Source of the DNA: Minisyncoccia bacterium
Lineage (GTDB): Bacteria > Patescibacteriota > Minisyncoccia > Phycocordibacterales > Phycocordibacteraceae
DNA length: 64,000 nucleotides
Reading direction: 5' to 3'
NCBI GenBank assembly: GCA_041485695.1
Contig: JBGPJZ010000001.1
Span: forward strand, 129,316 to 193,315
In this document: positions 36,554-44,655 of the stretch, in pieces
Layout of the letters: the number at the start of each line of letters is the position of its first letter
Position numbering within the stretch: position 1 is the stretch's first letter
Notes under the pieces: model-generated
Seen by the model: the letters and a program-made list of their open reading frames with translations, nothing else
Database searches by the model: none
What the model was told of the DNA's origin: nothing
Program-made: the position numbers and the translations under genes

Positions 36554-37827
36554 GGAATATCGCACGCGAACTCGTTGCTGGCATCGTGGCGATTTTCGCG
36601 CGCATCGTCGTCCGCAAATACCAGCCGAAAATCGTCATGGTGACCGGCTCGGTCGGCAAGACCTCGACCAAAGATGCGCTTGCGGCGGTGCTTCGGGCTC
36701 GCTATTACCTCCGTGCAAGCGAGAAGAGCTACAATACCGAGTTCGGCGTGCCGTTCACCATCTTCGGCGTCAAGAACCCATGGCACAACCCGCTACGGTG
36801 GCTCTCGGTATTTAAGGAGGCCTTTGCGCTCATCTTTTTACCTAATCATTACCCGAACTTATTAGTGCTTGAGGTCGGTGCCGACCGGCCGGGCGATTTG
36901 CATCGCATACTTGAAATAGCAACGCCCGACGCCGTTGTCGTGACCTGCCTCCCCGACATTCCCGTCCATGTCGAGGCCTACGCGTCTCCCGAAGCGGTAC
37001 GCGAAGAAGAGTTCTCGCCTGCATACGCGCTCGCGGCGGGCGCGCCTTTGGTCATCGCCGCAGACGATGAGCACGCGCTCATCATGGCCAAGCGTATCCC
37101 GGCAGAGCTGTATACGTTCGGTGTCGGAGAGGCGACGGTAGCTATACACCATGCTGATTTTTATAGTGAAGAAGGACGCGTTGCTGGCATGCAGGCTGAA
37201 ATTACAACGCCAAAGGGCAAGGGCGCGCTTGTCGTCAAGGGCTCAGTGGGGGAGCAGCAGCTACTCCCGGCCGCGGCCGCGCTTGCGGTCGCGCTTACGC
37301 TTGGCGTCGAGCTTGGCGAAGCGCTAGTAGCTCTTAAGGCCTACGAGCCGCCGCCAGGACGCGGATGTGTCTTTGCGGGCGTTAACGGGGCTGTCGTCAT
37401 AGATGACTCGTACAATTCGTCGCCTGCGGCAGTCGAGGAGGCCCTGAAAACGTTGAAAGCATTCCCGATTGCGAAGCCTGCCCGACCTGGTGAGGGCGGG
37501 CGTCGCATCGCAGTGCTTGGAGACATGCTTGAGCTCGGGCGTTACTCGGTGGTTGAGCATCGAAGAGTAGGGGAGCTCGCACGCGCAGTTGCGGACATCG
37601 TGGTAACGGTCGGGATACGCGCACGCGCATTTGGCGGCACGCACGCATATGACGATGCGCGTAGCGCGGCGGGAGCGCTCCCTGCTCTCCTAGAGCCAGG
37701 AGACGTCGTTTTAATAAAGGGCTCCCAATCAATCCGGACCGAACGCATCGTCGAGGCTCTGCTTGCCGACCACGCCGATATCTCAAGACTCGTTCGCCAA
37801 GAGAAGGAGTGGAAAAATCTTTCCTGA
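36550..37827 (+). CDS. murF: Mur ligase, probable UDP-MurNAc-tripeptide:D-Ala-D-Ala ligase
   Basis: 425 aa; VTGSVGKTSTKD P-loop; only Mur ligase in this dcw cluster. Confidence 0.75.
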   Translation: MRNIARELVAGIVAIFARIVVRKYQPKIVMVTGSVGKTSTKDALAAVLRARYYLRASEKSYNTEFGVPFTIFGVKNPWHNPLRWLSVFKEAFALIFLPNHYPNLLVLEVGADRPGDLHRILEIATPDAVVVTCLPDIPVHVEAYASPEAVREEEFSPAYALAAGAPLVIAADDEHALIMAKRIPAELYTFGVGEATVAIHHADFYSEEGRVAGMQAEITTPKGKGALVVKGSVGEQQLLPAAAALAVALTLGVELGEALVALKAYEPPPGRGCVFAGVNGAVVIDDSYNSSPAAVEEALKTLKAFPIAKPARPGEGGRRIAVLGDMLELGRYSVVEHRRVGELARAVADIVVTVGIRARAFGGTHAYDDARSAAGALPALLEPGDVVLIKGSQSIRTERIVEALLADHADISRLVRQEKEWKNLS

Positions 37828-37894
37828 TGGTGTAGATTCGTACAGGAAACACAGTCCTGTGTTTCAGTATCATTCCTGTTAGGGGAGGCATGTC

Positions 37895-38209
37895 GTGTCA
37901 TCGCGTTCAAATCTAAAGAGGAAGCTCAAGCATCAAAAAGCGAACGGCTTTATCGGACTCGGTCTTCATTTGGCATCAAAACCGGGGTATCAACTAAAAG
38001 TATTGCCACAGCTCGTGCATGACGAGGAAGATCGGCAACGCAAAATCGAGGAAATGGACATCGCCATCAATCGCTGGGTTGTCCTCAAGGGAGAAGCAAT
38101 CCGACGTAAAGTAATCGGTATAAGGGCGGATTACCGCCTTGAACTTCAGGGGTTTTCAACGTTAACGTGTCCATATGACGTACGTGCGGTCTACGAGACC
38201 GCACGGTGA
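37895..38209 (+). CDS. hypothetical protein (104 aa)
   Basis: ORF only; no recognisable motif. Confidence 0.3.
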   Translation: MSSRSNLKRKLKHQKANGFIGLGLHLASKPGYQLKVLPQLVHDEEDRQRKIEEMDIAINRWVVLKGEAIRRKVIGIRADYRLELQGFSTLTCPYDVRAVYETAR

Positions 38210-38262
38210 GTTGAGGGGGGCGGGCGCTTGCTTGGCAGGCGCGCCGCTTCTTTTTATTTATG

Positions 38263-38334
38263 TGACCCTACCGGGAATCGAACCCGGATTTAAGCCTTGA
38301 GAAGGCTCCGTCCTAACCGTTAGACGATAGGGCC
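38263..38334 (-). tRNA. tRNA-Glu (anticodon CUC)
   Basis: Hand-folded cloverleaf: acceptor GGCCCUA/UAGGGUC, D-arm GUCU-AACGGUUA-GGAC, anticodon arm GAGCC-UUCUCAA-GGCUU, T-arm CCGGG-UUCGAUU-CCCGG, discriminator A. CCA not encoded. Confidence 0.8.
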
Positions 38335-38420
38335 TGAGTAGTTTTTATAACAGAGATACGTGAAAAGTTGAAGCCGCCGGCGCGCAGAGCGCCAGCGGCT
38401 TACAGGTGCACAATCGGTTG

Positions 38421-38681
38421 CTAATCTTTCGGTTTGGGCGGTCTCCCCGGCCCGCGCCTCGCGACCATCTTCGCCTTCCTCGCCTTCGCCTTTTTGCGCC
38501 CTTTTCGACGGCGTCTTTTGGGCTGGCTACTCGGCGGGCCGAAAGTCTCGCGTGCCGCTAGATTCAAAAGAACCGATACATTCTTTCGCATGAATTGGAG
38601 GCCGATCCTGGTGGCCATTTCTTCGATGTCTTTCACCGTAGCGGCCAGATTTTGGGGTGCAGGTGCTTTCGATCTTGCCAT
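38421..38681 (-). CDS. hypothetical small basic protein with AT-hook-like C-terminal tail
   Basis: 86 aa; C-terminus KRRRRKGRKKAKARKAKMVARRGPGRPPKPKD. Coding status uncertain. Confidence 0.3.
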   Translation of the reverse strand: MARSKAPAPQNLAATVKDIEEMATRIGLQFMRKNVSVLLNLAARETFGPPSSQPKRRRRKGRKKAKARKAKMVARRGPGRPPKPKD

Positions 38682-38870
38682 TCATTCCTCACTTTCGGTT
38701 GTTCGGGAAGGGCTCTCAAAGAGCGCCATCGATATTTATACTCTCTATATTCAGAATGTCAAACAGCGTGACCCCGACTCGATTTCTATCCCCATATTTT
38801 GACAGGAAGCCTTGCGCGATTCGCGAGAGGCCGTATAGTTGCCCCCATTGTCTATAAAATATCTTGAGAG

Positions 38871-39263
38871 ATGAACGACGATACGAAATTACGAGAAGAG
38901 TACGAGGCGCGGGATGCATGGGGCCTCGTCTCCTCAATCGACTTGCATAATTGCAACCCCGAGACCATACGCGATGCTGAAAAGATAAAGCAGTTCGTGT
39001 ACGAACTATGCGAGAAAATCGGCATGAAGCGCTTCGGCGAGTGCGTCGTCGTCAACTTCGGCGAGGACGAGCGCGTGGCGGGCTACTCGATGACCCAACT
39101 TATCGAGACCTCGCTTATTTCTGCGCACTTCGCCAACGCGACGAATGTCACCTACCTCGACGTCTTCTCCTGCAAGTTCTATAGCCCTACGGTAGCGGCC
39201 GACTTCGCGAAGGAGTTCTTCGGCGCCTCCGACTACGCTCTCGCGGTAGCGCTCCGCAAATAG
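38871..39263 (+). CDS. speH: S-adenosylmethionine decarboxylase proenzyme-family protein (small pyruvoyl-dependent type)
   Basis: 130 aa with the AdoMetDC-like fold pattern and the ETSLISAHF region at the expected self-processing site. Confidence 0.7.
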   Translation: MNDDTKLREEYEARDAWGLVSSIDLHNCNPETIRDAEKIKQFVYELCEKIGMKRFGECVVVNFGEDERVAGYSMTQLIETSLISAHFANATNVTYLDVFSCKFYSPTVAADFAKEFFGASDYALAVALRK

Positions 39264-39304
39264 AGAAGGGCGGGACGCGTGTGTTACGCATCCCGCCCGT
39301 TAGA

Positions 39305-39583
39305 TTAGAATTGAAGCTCGAATTGGCGTTTCTTTCTCACTTCTTTGTCCTTGCGTGCCTTTCGTTTTGCTCGTGTCGCGACACTTTTGTCTGACCATGC
39401 TTTACGAGTGTAGCTTACGAGCTCGTCAGGCAGAGTAATCAAGTTGGTTGAGGCAAGAAATTCTGTTGCGAGGCCGAGTAGCTCCTTGTTCGTATACCGA
39501 GGAGGGTCTCGAGAGTAACGCCGATTATTTTTCAACCAGCGCGTGAAGAGATCGGCCTGGTCCTTTTCTGTAAGACTGGTCAA
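39305..39583 (-). CDS. hypothetical protein with Lys/Arg-rich C-terminal tail
   Basis: Second gene of a contiguous two-gene unit; no gap to the upstream ORF. Confidence 0.4.
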   Translation of the reverse strand: MTSLTEKDQADLFTRWLKNNRRYSRDPPRYTNKELLGLATEFLASTNLITLPDELVSYTRKAWSDKSVATRAKRKARKDKEVRKKRQFELQF

Positions 39584-39859
39584 CTACGCCTCCGCCGGTT
39601 GCGGGTTGAGGATTTCGGTCGCGCGTTCGAGCGCCCTGTTGACGCCGGAGCCTCCGATGCGTCGCCGAATATACATCTCAGGGTCGCCTCCTCTGCTCAT
39701 CGGCGCCTCCCACGCTGAAACCCTGGTTTTGCCCTCTCGGGTCTTTGCGTAGGTGATGGCGCAACCGTGGCCCACGTCAAGTACGACACTGTTACGGGAC
39801 TGTTCAAGAACTGGAAACATCTGCTTTGCTCCCTCTGCTGGATTCCGTTCTAAACTCAT
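39584..39859 (-). CDS. hypothetical protein (91 aa)
   Basis: First gene of the two-gene unit; no recognisable family. Confidence 0.4.
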   Translation of the reverse strand: MSLERNPAEGAKQMFPVLEQSRNSVVLDVGHGCAITYAKTREGKTRVSAWEAPMSRGGDPEMYIRRRIGGSGVNRALERATEILNPQPAEA

Positions 39860-39873
39860 AATACCACAAAAGG

Positions 39874-40329
39874 TTAGACAAGCAAGCTATCCACAACGGC
39901 CTTCACGTCGCCCCCGTCGGCCTTGCCCTTGAGCTCCTTCATTAGGGTGCCGGTAAACTTTCCCGCATCGGCTTTGCTTGAGACACCCATCTCGGCCATC
40001 TTGGCTTTCGCAATCGCCATAATCTCATCGCGGCTCATCATTGAGGGCATCAAGGCCTCGATAATCGCGAGCTCAAGCTTCTCGGGCTCTACCAAATCAT
40101 TCCTGCTCGCTTTCTCAAATTGCTCGATAGAATCCTTGCGCTGGTTCGCCGCACGCTTTAAAACCGCCCCCGCCTCTTCATCAGTCAAAAATTCATCCGG
40201 TTTGCGCTTCTTCGCCACCACTTCGTTCGTCATTGCGGTCACCAGTGAGCGTAGGGTGCGTAATTTCACCTCGTCATGCGCCCGGAGCGCGTCCGGTATC
40301 GCGGCTTTTAAAGATTCGTGTATAGACAT
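39874..40329 (-). CDS. yqeY: GatB/YqeY-domain protein
   Basis: 151 aa; helical YqeY pattern. Confidence 0.75.
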   Translation of the reverse strand: MSIHESLKAAIPDALRAHDEVKLRTLRSLVTAMTNEVVAKKRKPDEFLTDEEAGAVLKRAANQRKDSIEQFEKASRNDLVEPEKLELAIIEALMPSMMSRDEIMAIAKAKMAEMGVSSKADAGKFTGTLMKELKGKADGGDVKAVVDSLLV

Positions 40330-40573
40330 TTCTTGAGCTTACCATACCCCTTGCATATGGGACGGATGAGGAGTATATTTCCATCAGAACTTGCATCTCA
40401 GGTAGTCCCGGGATTTTTTACGAGACACTAGCTGTTAAAGTCCGCACCCCGTAAGAGGTGACAATGGACGACGACACGACCTCTGTGAAATACTCTCGGG
40501 CTAACTCTTCTCCACATCCCGATGTGAGGGTTTTTGAGTTACCGGAGACAAGTTCTAATAACTTTATACGGTT

Positions 40574-41638
40574 ATGACTATAACCATTTTGGGCGTGTCA
40601 ATAATAGTTCTTCTTATTCTTAATGGGATAGGACTATGGTTCCTTTTCGGCCGACAGAAGGAAGGGTCTGGTGGTGAGAATGGCCAGCTTCTTCTCTTGC
40701 AACAGCAGATGCAGGAGCTCACGCGTACCCTTGACGCACGCGTGTCTGAGTCGACGCGCACAATGCAGGAGAGTGCACATCGCCAAGCAGCTGAGTCTAA
40801 TCGGATCGTGAAAGATGTAACCGAACGTCTTACCAAGCTTGATGAAACCAATCGTCAGGTGGTCTCGTTCGCGGACCAATTGCAGCATCTTCAGGATGTT
40901 CTACAGAACCCTAAACAGCGCGGTATCTTGGGTGAGTATTTCCTCGAGACTGTGCTTCAGAACGTATTGCCGCCAGGTTCTTATCAAATGCAGTACCCGT
41001 TCAAGAATGGGGAAATCGTTGTAGATGCAGTCGTGTTTGTGAAAGATCGAGTCATCCCCATCGATTCGAAATTTTCTCTTGAAAACTATAATCGAGCTGT
41101 TGAAGCACGCGAGCCTGCCGAACGTGAACGATACGAAAAGGCGTTCAAACAAGACCTTAAGAATCGTATCGATGAAACGGCGAAATACGTCTTGCCGGAA
41201 GAAAACACAATGGAATTTGCATTCATGTTCATTCCGTCGGAAGGTATTTACTACGATCTCCTTATCAACCAGGTTGGCGCTATGAAAACCAACACTCGCG
41301 ACCTTATTGAGTATGCCTTCAGTAAGAAGGTGATTATCGTCTCGCCGACCTCATTTCTTGCTTACCTCCAAACGGTGATGCAGGGACTCAAAGCACTTCA
41401 GATAGAGGAGCAAGCACAAGAGATTAGAAAACAGGTTGGTGATTTGTCCCGCCATATAGCGAGCACCAACGAGTATTATCGAAAGATGGGAATAGCATTA
41501 GGTACCGTCACCTCTCACTACAATGCTGGCTATAAAGAGCTTGCCAAGATAGATAAGGACGTTTATCGCATTGCTGATGTTAAAGTCGGCGTTGAGCCAA
41601 ATCTTCTGGATAAGCCATCTGCAGGGGAGTTGGAATAA
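40574..41638 (+). CDS. rmuC: DNA recombination protein RmuC
   Basis: N-terminal TM helix, long coiled-coil and RmuC nuclease-like C-domain. GC ~47-48%, well below neighbouring genes. Confidence 0.85.
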   Translation: MTITILGVSIIVLLILNGIGLWFLFGRQKEGSGGENGQLLLLQQQMQELTRTLDARVSESTRTMQESAHRQAAESNRIVKDVTERLTKLDETNRQVVSFADQLQHLQDVLQNPKQRGILGEYFLETVLQNVLPPGSYQMQYPFKNGEIVVDAVVFVKDRVIPIDSKFSLENYNRAVEAREPAERERYEKAFKQDLKNRIDETAKYVLPEENTMEFAFMFIPSEGIYYDLLINQVGAMKTNTRDLIEYAFSKKVIIVSPTSFLAYLQTVMQGLKALQIEEQAQEIRKQVGDLSRHIASTNEYYRKMGIALGTVTSHYNAGYKELAKIDKDVYRIADVKVGVEPNLLDKPSAGELE

Positions 41639-41654
41639 TAGATTCCATAAAACC

Positions 41655-41691
41655 AAACAAGGCTGTGGAGAAACCCCGCGGCCTTGTTTTT
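41655..41691 (+). terminator. rho-independent terminator after rmuC
   Basis: aaacaaggc-(loop)-gccttgttt followed by tt. Confidence 0.55.
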
Positions 41692-41718
41692 GACCATTGA
41701 AAAATTTCTGGTAGAGTG
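41690..41718 (+). promoter_or_regulatory. sigma70-like promoter (TTGACC-16/17-TAGAGT)
   Basis: ttgaccattgaaaaatttctggtagagtg; GAGGT RBS before ATG 41746. Confidence 0.4.
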
Positions 41719-41745
41719 CAGGCAGAGATCTTGTGAGGTAAGCAG

Positions 41746-42309
41746 ATGGCAGAAGAAACACCGACTGAAGTCGAGCGCGAGGCGCTCGAGGCACTCTACG
41801 ATGCCGCCCGAAAGGAGCTCGCCCTTGGGCATAGCATCGACCCCTTAGACCCGCTTGATAAGCGCAAGACCCTCAATCACTTCTATCACCTCGTCTGCAA
41901 GAAGAAGCTCCCAGTAGACCGAGTGATTGCAGAGCTACAAAGGGTTCAGGCCGAACACAAGCACGAGGGCCACTATGTTATGACCTACAAGGTCGAGAAG
42001 GCCTCCGTGAATGTCTTCGTCGGCCTCGGTATTGTGGTGACGGTCTTCGTGCTCTATCTCGCCGTCGCAACCCACCACGTGAAGCCGCCCCTCGGCCCAC
42101 GTGACTGGTTGCCGGGCGAGCGCCAAGCGTGTATTCGTTATAGGGGCCAGGATGCCTATGCGTATCTCCCATCGAGCCCCCTGTCTCAAATACAAAACGA
42201 ACTTCGGGACAAATTCTTTCAACTTGATCGGGGGAACGAGGACCCCCAATTCACCCCCCTGATCATTAAGGACAGCGACCGAGAATGGTCGAAATGCCCG
42301 AAGGCCTAA
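41746..42309 (+). CDS. hypothetical membrane-anchored protein
   Basis: 187 aa with one central TM helix. Confidence 0.4.
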   Translation: MAEETPTEVEREALEALYDAARKELALGHSIDPLDPLDKRKTLNHFYHLVCKKKLPVDRVIAELQRVQAEHKHEGHYVMTYKVEKASVNVFVGLGIVVTVFVLYLAVATHHVKPPLGPRDWLPGERQACIRYRGQDAYAYLPSSPLSQIQNELRDKFFQLDRGNEDPQFTPLIIKDSDREWSKCPKA

Positions 42310-42312
42310 CTC

Positions 42313-42348
42313 CACCGTCCGACCTGCTCGGACGGTGGTTTGCTTTTT
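42313..42348 (+). terminator. rho-independent terminator
   Basis: ccaccgtccga-cctgc-tcggacggtgg followed by tttgcttttt. Confidence 0.7.
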
Positions 42349-42376
42349 AGCCCGTAGATGCTAGAGTATAGACATT

Positions 42377-42715
42377 ATGGAAATGGCGGTTATCAAGACC
42401 GGAGGCAAGCAATACGTCGTCCAGAAGGGCGACTCTATTTTCATTGAAAAGCTATCCAATATTTCGCCTGCTGGCAAAGTAGATCTCAAAGCGGGAGACA
42501 AGGTAGTTTTCACCGAGGTACTGTTGGTCGACAACGGCTCGGATACGACGATCGGCGCCCCCACTATCAAAGGCGCCGAGGTGAAGGGGACGGTAGAAGA
42601 ACTCGGCAAAGCTAAGAAGATTGATGTAGTGAAGTACAAGGCCAAGAGCCGTTACTACAAGCGCCGCGGACATCGCCAGCCATTCCTTAAAGTCAAAATC
42701 GATAGTATTTCATAA
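42377..42715 (+). CDS. rplU: 50S ribosomal protein L21
   Basis: MEMAVIKTGGKQYVVQKGD... Confidence 0.95.
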   Translation: MEMAVIKTGGKQYVVQKGDSIFIEKLSNISPAGKVDLKAGDKVVFTEVLLVDNGSDTTIGAPTIKGAEVKGTVEELGKAKKIDVVKYKAKSRYYKRRGHRQPFLKVKIDSIS

Positions 42716-44040
42716 TGCAAATCGGGCGTTGGAATCATCAATCAGGCGGGGGCTCTTCAAGCGGGCACCCACGGAACGGGGGTAAGCCTTCGCAGTTTTC
42801 GCGTGGCAGAGGACATGCTCACCCGGGGCCCACGCGCTTCGGTGGCGCTGGCGGGTATCGTGGTGGCTATCGCGGTGGTGGTGGAAGTCGTGGGGGAGGG
42901 AATCGTGGCGGATTCGGTGGCTCTTTTGGCAAGACCGAGGCGGACCTTACCAAGCTCATCAATAAGGCGGAGATAACCGAAAAGGTGGAGCATTTCGTAC
43001 CCGAGCACCAGTTCATCGATTTTCAGATCGATGAACGGCTTAAGAAGAATATCGTCGCGAAGGGCTACAGCCTACCGACGCCGATTCAAGACCGCGCGAT
43101 TCCGCATATTCTCCGAGGTGAAGATGTCGTTGGCCTTGCAGAGACGGGCACCGGTAAGACGGCAGCCTTCCTCGTTCCGCTTATCGACAAGATTCTTAAC
43201 AATCTTGATGAGCGAGTACTCGTGATGGCGCCGACCCGCGAGCTCGCGGTGCAAATCGAGCGCGAGCTCGCGGGCTTTGCGAAGGGCCTCGGCTTTCGCG
43301 GCATGGTCGCGGTTGGCGGTGCCTCTATCAGCCCGCAGATCGTACAGCTGCGCCACAACCCTTCGTTTGTCATTGGCACGCCGGGCCGACTCAAAGACCT
43401 TATGGAGCGACGCGCGCTTGACCTCTCTGGCTTCGGCACCGTCGTCCTTGATGAAGCCGACCGCATGCTCGATATGGGCTTTATCGATGATATGCGGTTT
43501 ATCTTGAGCAAGATGCGCGCTGAGCGCCACACGCTCTTTTTCTCAGCCACCCTCTCGAGGGATATCGAGAAGCTTATCGGCGACTTTTTAAAGAGCCCTG
43601 CACGCATTTCAGTGAAGACTCGTGACACGCCGAAGAATGTTGACCAGGATGTCGTCCGCATCCCGCGCGGCAAAGACAAATTCGACGTACTCGTTGAACT
43701 GCTCAAGACTCCTGACTTTACCCGCGTGCTCATCTTCGGGCGCACCAAGCACGGGGTGGAGAAGCTCGCGAAGTTGCTCTCGCGCTCGCATATCCACGCG
43801 GAGTCTATCCACGGCAATAAAAGCCACAATGCCCGCCAACGCGCGCTCCAAGACTTTAAAGCAGGAAAGGTGCAGGCTCTTGTCGCAACCGACGTCGCGG
43901 CGCGCGGCCTTGATATCCCGGCTGTCTCGCACGTCATCAACTACGACCTTCCCTCGACCTACGAAGACTATATTCACCGCATCGGCCGCACCGGCAGGGC
44001 GGACATGAAAGGGAAGGCGCTTACCTTCGTACAGGCTTAA
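42715..44040 (+). CDS. DEAD-box ATP-dependent RNA helicase with N-terminal Gly/Arg-rich (RGG) extension
   Basis: Q-motif, AETGTGKT, DEAD, SAT and HRIGRTGR motifs. Residues 1-80 are GGYRGGYRGGGGSRGGGNRGGFGG-type low complexity. Its ATG overlaps the rplU stop (TAATG). Confidence 0.9.
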   Translation: MQIGRWNHQSGGGSSSGHPRNGGKPSQFSRGRGHAHPGPTRFGGAGGYRGGYRGGGGSRGGGNRGGFGGSFGKTEADLTKLINKAEITEKVEHFVPEHQFIDFQIDERLKKNIVAKGYSLPTPIQDRAIPHILRGEDVVGLAETGTGKTAAFLVPLIDKILNNLDERVLVMAPTRELAVQIERELAGFAKGLGFRGMVAVGGASISPQIVQLRHNPSFVIGTPGRLKDLMERRALDLSGFGTVVLDEADRMLDMGFIDDMRFILSKMRAERHTLFFSATLSRDIEKLIGDFLKSPARISVKTRDTPKNVDQDVVRIPRGKDKFDVLVELLKTPDFTRVLIFGRTKHGVEKLAKLLSRSHIHAESIHGNKSHNARQRALQDFKAGKVQALVATDVAARGLDIPAVSHVINYDLPSTYEDYIHRIGRTGRADMKGKALTFVQA

Positions 44041-44060
44041 CTAGGCCATATTTTGCCCTA

Positions 44061-44089
44061 TTGACAATATCAGCGCTTGGGAGTATAAT
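44061..44089 (+). promoter_or_regulatory. consensus sigma70 promoter TTGACA-17-TATAAT
   Basis: ttgacaatatcagcgcttgggagtataat; AGGAGG RBS then ATG 44151. Confidence 0.6.
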
Positions 44090-44150
44090 TTTAAGCAGGT
44101 AGAACATACCGCTGCTTTAGGTTGGTTCATCTCACAGATAGGAGGCTCGC

Positions 44151-44483
44151 ATGACGTTCAATCTTCTTGCAGCAATCTGGTGTTTCGGGAGCATGTTTTT
44201 TTCTCTCGTTGCCGGAATCGTCTTCGCATGGCGTCCTCGTCGCCCAAGCCGCGACCGTCGCCAACGCCAGCTTGGATTATTGATAGGACTCGTCCCGCTC
44301 GTGCTCGGCTTCAGCTTCGCTCTGGCGTTACGTCTCGTCATGGGATTCGACTGGCTGCTTGACTTCGCCATCGGCTCAATGCCTCTCATACTTGCCCTGC
44401 CGGCTGCTATGATTACCGACTGGTGCTTTGGGGGCCACTTGTTCAGCGAAAAGCCGACTCTCGGAGTAACCGGCAAACACTAA
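44151..44483 (+). CDS. hypothetical small membrane protein (110 aa)
   Basis: Three hydrophobic helices; driven by the consensus promoter. Confidence 0.5.
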   Translation: MTFNLLAAIWCFGSMFFSLVAGIVFAWRPRRPSRDRRQRQLGLLIGLVPLVLGFSFALALRLVMGFDWLLDFAIGSMPLILALPAAMITDWCFGGHLFSEKPTLGVTGKH

Positions 44484-44501
44484 GGGCTTGGGGAGGGACA
44501 T

Positions 44502-44600
44502 ATGTTCAGTATGATTCATGCATACTTGACACCGGTCGTCGAAGCAGTGCTTGCGATTGGGTGCCTTGGTGCCTTGGTATTCGTAAGGCGCTTTCGATAA
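44502..44600 (+). CDS. putative 32-aa hydrophobic peptide (MFSMIHAYLTPVVEAVLAIGCLGALVFVRRFR)
   Basis: GGGGAGGG RBS 5 nt upstream; single TM helix plus basic C-terminus. Below the ORF-track cutoff, found by manual translation. Confidence 0.35.
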   Translation: MFSMIHAYLTPVVEAVLAIGCLGALVFVRRFR

Positions 44601-44620
44601 TTCGCACCCACGACACAACA

Positions 44621-44655
44621 AGGACCGCTTCAGGAAACTGAAGCGGTCCTTTTCA
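44621..44655 (+). terminator. rho-independent terminator (12-bp stem)
   Basis: aggaccgcttcag-gaaa-ctgaagcggtcct followed by tttt. Confidence 0.7.

Noticed and set aside
38434-38802. 122-aa plus-strand ORF overlapping the AT-hook-like minus ORF
   Set aside because: No motif, runs through the AT-rich putative promoter region, and the product is Phe/Leu/Arg-rich as expected for AT-rich non-coding sequence. Neither overlapping ORF is strongly supported; the minus one is listed at low confidence.
42780-42930. Repetitive GGT/GGC/CGT-rich DNA considered as a possible repeat array
   Set aside because: It is in frame within the helicase ORF and encodes the RGG low-complexity tail. There is no spacer-repeat periodicity, so not CRISPR or a tandem DNA repeat element.
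44621-44655. Hairpin as terminator for recR on the minus strand
   Set aside because: Downstream of the hairpin on the minus strand there is no U-tract (UGUUGUGUCG), so it is annotated as a plus-strand terminator only.
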